25,321 nucleotides of DNA from a bacterium (GTDB taxonomy: Bacteria; Krumholzibacteriota; Krumholzibacteriia; G020349025): positions 1-25,321 of the forward strand of contig JANLSU010000129.1 of NCBI GenBank assembly GCA_031362565.1, in the 5' to 3' direction. Shown piece after piece: positions 18,100-23,672 of this stretch. The first letter of the stretch is position 1. Each line of letters begins with the position of its first letter. The notes under the pieces are model-generated. The model was not told the origin of the DNA and made no database searches. It saw nothing but the letters and a program-made list of their open reading frames with translations. Made by a program: the position numbers and the translations under genes.

Positions 18100-19197
18100 A
18101 TGCGACAACGTGCGGTGGTCTTGATTCTCCTGTGCAGCGCGCTCACGGCGGGCTGCGACCCCAACAGTGGAGTCAGCGGACCACGCGACAGCACACCCGT
18201 AGGCCAGGGGCCGGGTGGGGCGGGCGCTGGCAGCAGCACTGCCGATGCCCTCCTCGCCCGGCACTGCGCGTGGTGCCACACGACCGCCGATCCGGCGGCG
18301 CACATCGACCTGCAGTCGATGCGTTTGACGAGCGCCGATTGGGATCAGATGGGCAACGGTGTCGCACTCGAGATGGCACCGGTCGTCATGCGCATGCCGT
18401 CCGCAGAAAAACGCACTCTCCTGACGTATATCGCCGCTCGCGGTGGACACATTCCCGCGGTCACGATTCCGGCCACGTATACCTGGCGGCTCGCCGACGC
18501 CATCGCCGACGTGCCGGACGGCAGCCTGGCGCCCGGATTTCCATTCGTGGTCGAGGATGGATTCATCGACCACCAAGCCTGGACGGTCGGTTCCTCGACC
18601 GACACACATGGCGTCACCTATCGCGCCGTTCAGTTGACCCAAAATCGCCGCGTCGACCGCAGCGTTTTTCCACCGAGCGCCAATCCTTCGTCGTATCTCG
18701 TCTTCAAGGCCATTCCGTGGCACGGCCGGTTCTACAACAGCCGTATCGAAGGCGACGTACGCGTCAGCCGCTGGATGTCGGTGGGATTGCAGGCCCGAAC
18801 CCTCGAACCACCCGGCCGTGACCACCGGGAATACGTGCGGCTGCAATTCGATCGGGATGCGATCTCGATCCGGTCGGCACCGACACCGCTCGAGACCTGG
18901 CCGTGGGGGAACCAGCCGGACCCGCGCCTGCAAGGCACGACCGATGTTTCGGGTTTCTATCTGACGGCGAGCGAGTGGCTGCATTTCGTGTTCGCAGCCC
19001 GTCAAACGGCCGAGGGTGTTCGATGGACCGCACGCGTCACGAATGCCGCGACCGGCAACGTGATCGCTGATCTCGCGGCGCTCGACACCGATCCGCGGCC
19101 GCTCGAAGGGGTGTTTTTCCTGCACGCCTACAGCACGGCCGACAAACGCACCTGGGCCAACTTGGTGTTCACAGCCGACGTCGACCAAAGCGATTGA
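18100..19197 (+). CDS. lipoprotein with a single c-type heme motif and a C-terminal beta-rich domain
   Basis: ATG after GGAGG; lipobox LTAGC; Gly/Ser/Pro linker; CAWCH (CxxCH); downstream Met-Pro candidates for the distal ligand. The 16960 start in the ORF track is a shadow of fumC. Confidence 0.82.
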   Translation: MRQRAVVLILLCSALTAGCDPNSGVSGPRDSTPVGQGPGGAGAGSSTADALLARHCAWCHTTADPAAHIDLQSMRLTSADWDQMGNGVALEMAPVVMRMPSAEKRTLLTYIAARGGHIPAVTIPATYTWRLADAIADVPDGSLAPGFPFVVEDGFIDHQAWTVGSSTDTHGVTYRAVQLTQNRRVDRSVFPPSANPSSYLVFKAIPWHGRFYNSRIEGDVRVSRWMSVGLQARTLEPPGRDHREYVRLQFDRDAISIRSAPTPLETWPWGNQPDPRLQGTTDVSGFYLTASEWLHFVFAARQTAEGVRWTARVTNAATGNVIADLAALDTDPRPLEGVFFLHAYSTADKRTWANLVFTADVDQSD

Positions 19198-19944
19198 TCA
19201 CGGATACCAGCGCAGCGTCGGCCGGGCGCCTTGCGGCCATCGACCGGCGCCGGTGACGGCACCGGCATCAGCACCAGCCGCCGGTGGATTCTTGCCCCGG
19301 CGTAACTCGGCAAAAACCGCCGCATCCCATTCATCGACGGAGCCGCCGGCTTTGGCCGGCACCAACACGACGAGCAAGCGCGATTGGATTGATTCGAGCT
19401 TCGGCAAGAACAATTCGCCTGCCTCGCCGGGCCCGACCTCCGGCGGTGTGCCGTCGGTTTGCGGCAGGATCCGGCGCAGCGTCGCATCGTGAATCTCGTA
19501 CACGTAGACCCGCGCCGTCCGGTCGGTGCGTACCACTAGAGCTTCGGGCGCCGGCTCGAGGTGCGGCGTCGCCAGGCTGTCGAGTGTCGCCGCACGCACG
19601 ACCGCAAAACGCCGCACCCGCACCATCTGGTCCTCGGGGCCGCGCCGGGCAATCCACACCACGAGTCCGCCGACCGCGACGACAATGAGAAAGAGCGGCA
19701 GCCACAAGTCCCGCAGGCGTTCCTGAATCCACAGATGGGGCTCGACACGTTGGCGACGTGACATGCGCCACGCGCGCAGCGCCAGTTCGTCGAACGCCCC
19801 CTCCTTCCCCAACGTCTGCTGCAGGAAGTCCCGGCACGCCGAACACTGCACCAAATGCGCATCGAGCTCGTGCTTCTCGGAGCTGTCCAAGAGGTCGTAG
19901 CTCAGCACCTTTTGGCCGAGTTCCAGATCGATGCACCGGTTCAT
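19198..19944 (-). CDS. zinc-finger (zf-HC2/ZAS) anti-sigma factor-like membrane protein
   Basis: ATG after GGAGG; HLVQCSAC (HxxxCxxC); single TM LWLPLFLIVVAVGGLVVWI; extracytoplasmic C-terminal domain. Confidence 0.8.
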   Translation of the reverse strand: MNRCIDLELGQKVLSYDLLDSSEKHELDAHLVQCSACRDFLQQTLGKEGAFDELALRAWRMSRRQRVEPHLWIQERLRDLWLPLFLIVVAVGGLVVWIARRGPEDQMVRVRRFAVVRAATLDSLATPHLEPAPEALVVRTDRTARVYVYEIHDATLRRILPQTDGTPPEVGPGEAGELFLPKLESIQSRLLVVLVPAKAGGSVDEWDAAVFAELRRGKNPPAAGADAGAVTGAGRWPQGARPTLRWYP

Positions 19945-20117
19945 GGACGGGCGTCCCTCCGTTGGTCGGCCGTGCGGCACCCTGGATGCGGTACCATGGC
20001 CGCGACGTTGCCTGGCGAGGAAGATGACAGAGCTTGCCACCAGGGGTCAACGTCACGCCCCGGGCGAGTCACAGCGCCTTGGTGTGGATCACGGCATCGT
20101 CGCCGAAAGGAATTCGC

Positions 20118-20510
20118 ATGAATCGCCTCTTCGTTCGTTGGCTCGTTTCGTCCGGCGCGATTGCGATCGTGGCGTGGCTCTTGCCCGGGATTCGCGCCGG
20201 CAGCGGCATGGTGGGTGCGGTGACCGTGTTGGTCACCGCAGCGTTCTTGGGTGCCGCGAATGCCGTCGTCAAACCCATTCTGACGCTGCTCAGTTGCCCG
20301 ATGATCTTGTTGACGCTGGGGCTGTTCTTGATCGTCATCAACGCCGCCATGCTGCAGCTCGCAGCCTGGGCGACGCGCGTTGCCGGCTATCCGCTCGAAG
20401 TCGACGGTTGGAGCACCGCGATCATTGGTTCGATCGCCATCAGCATCGTGACTTGGGTGCTGTCGCTATTTCTCGGCGATGACAAGAAGAGTTCGAAACG
20501 CGACTCTTGA
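20118..20510 (+). CDS. YvlD-like / 4-TMS phage holin family membrane protein
   Basis: AAAGGA RBS; RWLV, LPGI, NAVVKPIL..LSCP..LLTLGLF.IVINA.ML signature. Confidence 0.88.
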   Translation: MNRLFVRWLVSSGAIAIVAWLLPGIRAGSGMVGAVTVLVTAAFLGAANAVVKPILTLLSCPMILLTLGLFLIVINAAMLQLAAWATRVAGYPLEVDGWSTAIIGSIAISIVTWVLSLFLGDDKKSSKRDS

Positions 20511-20555
20511 GGTCGCCCGAGCGTCCAGCCGCGGGCGCTTGCCAAAGGAGCACCG

Positions 20556-20741
20556 ATGCCGTCGAGTCACTGGGTGGGAGTCGCGCTCCTGGGCGCGGGA
20601 TGCGCCGATGTATTGGTCGCCGTACTCCTCCGGCCGCGTGTTCCAGCGGCCAAGCGCGGCCTTCTCATGCTGGCGCTTGGGATGTCGTCGGTGACGATGA
20701 TCGGTCTCGGCGCGGCACTCTTGCTCGGGGTGATCGGCTGA
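20556..20741 (+). CDS. small 2-TM membrane protein (61 aa)
   Basis: Strong AAAGGAG RBS; two hydrophobic helices separated by RPRVPAAKR. Confidence 0.7.
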   Translation: MPSSHWVGVALLGAGCADVLVAVLLRPRVPAAKRGLLMLALGMSSVTMIGLGAALLLGVIG

Positions 20742-20780
20742 GCGTGGGCCGCCGGCGCGCGGCGCCGCATCGGGTGCGGT

Positions 20781-21563
20781 TCAGGCGCCGAGACCGCGGC
20801 CGAGATGCAGCGCGCCGTCGATGACCAAGATCTCGCCGTTCACGTAGTCGGCGTACGGTGACGCGAGATAGGTGATCGCATCGGCGATCTCCTCGGTGCG
20901 GCCGAAGCGCTTCACGGGGACGCTGTCGCGCAGTGCCTCACCGGCGGCCGGTGTCGGCCAGAGACGGGAGCGCGCCCCCTCACTGTCGAAAATGCCCGGG
21001 CAAACCGCGTTGACCCGCAGGCCGTACGGCGCCCACTCCACCGCCAGCGTTCGCGTCAGCGCGACAACACCCGCCTTGGCGGCGGCGCTATGCGCCGTGC
21101 CCGGTCCGCCGGTCCAGGCATACGCCGCGACGACGTTGACGATGTGGCCGCTACCGCGTTCGATCATGTGCAGGCCGACGGCGCGGCTGCAGTAGAAAAC
21201 GCCGTTCAGCGCGATGTCGATGACGACCTTCCAACCGCCGGGAGTCAATTTCTCGGTTGGACAAAGGAAGTTGCCGGCGGCGTTGTTGACGAGAACATCG
21301 ACGGCACCAAAACGCTCGAGCGCGGCGGCGAGCAAGGCATCCACCGCCGCCGGCCGGCGAACGTCGGTGGGTACCGCCAACACTTCGCAGCCGGCATCAC
21401 GGAGTGCCGCTGCCGCCGGCTCCAAGTGTTCGGTCTTGCGGCTCGCGATGACGATCCGCGCGCCGAGCGCACCGAACCGCCGCGCGGTCTCGAGGCCGAG
21501 CCCCGTGCCGCCGCCGGTGACCAGCACCGTCTTGCCGCGAAACGTTTCAACAGGCAACATCAT
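20781..21563 (-). CDS. SDR oxidoreductase, 2,4-dienoyl-CoA reductase-like
   Basis: TGGGTGLG, IASRK, NNAAGNF, YAWTGGPG.AHSAAAKAGV, LAVEW; the absence of the canonical YxxxK Tyr is typical of DECR-type SDRs. Confidence 0.9.
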   Translation of the reverse strand: MMLPVETFRGKTVLVTGGGTGLGLETARRFGALGARIVIASRKTEHLEPAAAALRDAGCEVLAVPTDVRRPAAVDALLAAALERFGAVDVLVNNAAGNFLCPTEKLTPGGWKVVIDIALNGVFYCSRAVGLHMIERGSGHIVNVVAAYAWTGGPGTAHSAAAKAGVVALTRTLAVEWAPYGLRVNAVCPGIFDSEGARSRLWPTPAAGEALRDSVPVKRFGRTEEIADAITYLASPYADYVNGEILVIDGALHLGRGLGA

Positions 21564-21581
21564 GGACTTTGGAGGATACGC

Positions 21582-22286
21582 ATGGTCGAGCGGACTCGCA
21601 AGGCACCGGATCACGGCAGCTTCGATGTCGAAAAGCAGCCGGTGAGCTGGGTGCGGGACGGCGCTGTAGATGCCGGCCAGCCGCTCGTCCTGCTGGCGCA
21701 CGGGGCCGGAGCGCCACTCACGAGCCCATTCATGGCAGCGGTCGCTGCCGGTCTTGCGGCGCGCGAACTTGCGGTGGTGCGATTTCATTTTCCGTACATG
21801 GAGCGCCGCGTGCGGCAGAATCGCTCCGGTGGCGCCCCCGACCGGCCGCCGCTCTTGCTCGCGACTTGGCGGCGCATGGCGAGCGAAGCTGAGTCGTGGT
21901 TCGCGACGCCACCGCGCCTCATCCTGGCGGGAAAATCGATGGGCGGACGCATCGCCTCGATGCTGCTCGCCAGCGATCCACCCGCTGCGGCGCGGGGTGC
22001 GGTCTACTTGGGATACCCGCTCTGCCCCGCCGGACGTCCGGAAGTCGAGCGTTCGAGCCACCTGCCGGCGGTGCGCGTGCCGCAGCTCTTTGTCAGTGGC
22101 ACGCGCGATCCACTCGGCCCACTCGAGCGCCTGCGCCCCGTCGTGACCTCGCTCGGCGCGAACGCCCGCCTGCATGTCGTCGACAAGGGAGATCACTCCC
22201 TCGCCACGAGTCGCAAGGATCCGCTCGCCGGCTCCGATGCGTGGCTCGACGAAGTCGCACAATTCGTCCGCGAAGTCTGTGCCTAG
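21582..22286 (+). CDS. alpha/beta hydrolase (KANSL3-like bacterial family)
   Basis: GGAGG RBS; LAHGAGA, F.FPYM, nucleophile GKSMGGR, LGYPL, GTRDPLG (Asp), GDHS (His). Confidence 0.9.
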   Translation: MVERTRKAPDHGSFDVEKQPVSWVRDGAVDAGQPLVLLAHGAGAPLTSPFMAAVAAGLAARELAVVRFHFPYMERRVRQNRSGGAPDRPPLLLATWRRMASEAESWFATPPRLILAGKSMGGRIASMLLASDPPAAARGAVYLGYPLCPAGRPEVERSSHLPAVRVPQLFVSGTRDPLGPLERLRPVVTSLGANARLHVVDKGDHSLATSRKDPLAGSDAWLDEVAQFVREVCA

Positions 22287-22289
22287 GAT

Positions 22290-22778
22290 TCAGAGAGCCT
22301 CGCGGCTCCACAACACGAAATCCGTACTGGCGGGGGTTGCGCTCATCGATCGCAGGCGGGAAGCGATCTGGCCACGGTGATACCAAGAGTGACCGTAGAG
22401 CTGGGCGAGAATGTCATCGACACTGCTGCGGAATCGGCCCGCGTCGAGGCTCTGATACTCGAACACGCGCCCGAGTTCGGCGGCGTCCAAGCGGGCGAAA
22501 TATTCCGACCACACGCCGTGCACCGCCGCCATCTCACTCGCCAGATCCTCGACCGTGACCCCGGCGGGAAAAATCTCCCGCGGCCGTTCGGCAAGAACGC
22601 CGAAACGGTACAGCCACATCCGGCGCGCCGCGAACAGATGAGCGAATAGGTCGACCGCGGCACCGAAGGCGGGATCGACACGCTCGACAGGCGCGACCGC
22701 CCGGAGCGACGCCAAGACCTTGGCGTGCGCATCCTTTTCGTACTCGAACCAGCGCCTGTAGCGAGCTGCCGACTCCAT
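22290..22778 (-). CDS. DinB/YfiT family protein
   Basis: GGAG RBS; metal-binding His triad in AHLFAARRMWL and QLYGHSWYHRGQI; C-terminal P..TDF. Confidence 0.88.
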   Translation of the reverse strand: MESAARYRRWFEYEKDAHAKVLASLRAVAPVERVDPAFGAAVDLFAHLFAARRMWLYRFGVLAERPREIFPAGVTVEDLASEMAAVHGVWSEYFARLDAAELGRVFEYQSLDAGRFRSSVDDILAQLYGHSWYHRGQIASRLRSMSATPASTDFVLWSREAL

Positions 22779-22807
22779 CGCGTTCTCCGAAACTCAGGCG
22801 CCAAAAA

Positions 22808-22885
22808 TGGCGCCCCCAACGGGATTCGAACCCGTGTCGCTAGATTGAAAATCTAGTGTCCTAGGCCAGACTAGACGATGGGGAC
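22808..22885 (-). tRNA. tRNA-Glu(UUC)
   Basis: Minus strand GTCCCCATCGTCTAGTCTGGCCTAGGACACTAGATTTTCAATCTAGCGACACGGGTTCGAATCCCGTTGGGGGCGCCA: 7-bp acceptor stem, anticodon arm CTAGA-TT TTC AA-TCTAG, GTTCGAA T-loop, encoded CCA. Confidence 0.97.
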
Positions 22886-22924
22886 GCCGAAGACCAACGC
22901 GCGACCGTACGGACGGCGCGCCGG

Positions 22925-22954
22925 AACCTACCAGCTTTGCGGGAATCCTGTCAA
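22925..22954 (-). promoter_or_regulatory. sigma-70 promoter for tRNA-Glu
   Basis: TTGACA (overlapping the lexA TGA), 18-nt spacer ending in TGG, then TAGGTT, followed by a GC-rich discriminator typical of stable-RNA promoters. Confidence 0.7.
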
Positions 22955-23595
22955 CGCGCCGCTCGGCGCGGCCGCCCCCCGGGGAGAGAGCGCAGGACCG
23001 CCACTACCAGGCCCAGGACTCGAAACGGGACGTCCGGAGGCACGAGAATCGCCTGCATCGAGTCGTTCTCCGGCTCGAGACGCACACCGTCGCCGTCTCG
23101 GTAGAAGCGCTTCACGGTGGCCTCGTCGTCCACCAACGCCGCGACGATCTCGCCATCGTCGGCGGTGTCCTGTGGGCGCACGAGAACCAGGTCACCATCG
23201 CAGATGTGCGCCTGGATCATGCTCTGGCCCTGCACACGGAGCAGGAAATTGCGCTCGCCGTGCACCAGCGATCGGTCCACGACCAGGCTCGTTTCGACGT
23301 TCTCCGCCGCCAAGAGCGGCGCCCCGGCGGCGATCCGACCCAGAACCGGAATCATCGCCGAATCCGCATGCTGGACTGGGAGGTCCACGACCTCGATCGC
23401 CCGCGACAGATCCTTCTGGCGGCGAATCTTACCCTTACGCTCCAGCGCTTGCAGATGATCGCTGACACCCTTGGTGGACATGATGCCGAAGTCGGCCCCG
23501 ATCTCCCGCAGAGTCGGCGCAAAACCACGCGTCCGAATGGTCGTGACGATGAAATCCAGAATCAACTGCTGACGCTCCGTAAGGGGTCGCGTCAT
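22951..23595 (-). CDS. lexA: SOS transcriptional repressor LexA
   Basis: GGAGG RBS; LTERQ..ILDFI, PTLREIG, HLQALERKG winged HTH; IPVLGRIAAG cleavage site; GQSM (Ser) and ATVKR (Lys) of peptidase S24. Confidence 0.97.
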   Translation of the reverse strand: MTRPLTERQQLILDFIVTTIRTRGFAPTLREIGADFGIMSTKGVSDHLQALERKGKIRRQKDLSRAIEVVDLPVQHADSAMIPVLGRIAAGAPLLAAENVETSLVVDRSLVHGERNFLLRVQGQSMIQAHICDGDLVLVRPQDTADDGEIVAALVDDEATVKRFYRDGDGVRLEPENDSMQAILVPPDVPFRVLGLVVAVLRSLPGGRPRRAAR

Positions 23596-23620
23596 GTTGG
23601 CCTCCAAGATCTAGCGATGA

Positions 23621-23648
23621 GAACTCCGCCACCATACACACCGTTCGC
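23621..23648 (-). promoter_or_regulatory. candidate lexA promoter/operator region
   Basis: Minus strand GAACGGTGTGTATGGTGGCGGAGTTC contains an extended -10-like TG-TG-TATGGT, flanked by GAAC and GTTC half-sites. Confidence 0.35.
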
Positions 23649-23672
23649 TGGAGCCGCCAGCCCCCTCGCCGC

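Noticed and set aside
17861..18124. 87-aa Cys-rich ORF in the fumC-lipoprotein spacer
   Set aside because: TTG start without an RBS, no codon bias, and it overlaps the next gene; more likely regulatory DNA.
19975..19990. Second GG-N10-GC element (CGGCACCCTGGATGCG) upstream of the YvlD-like gene
   Set aside because: A weaker match to the sigma-54 consensus that could easily arise by chance in GC-rich DNA.
20118..20510. Holin as evidence of a prophage
   Set aside because: This 4-TMS family is commonly chromosomal, and no endolysin or other phage genes are nearby.
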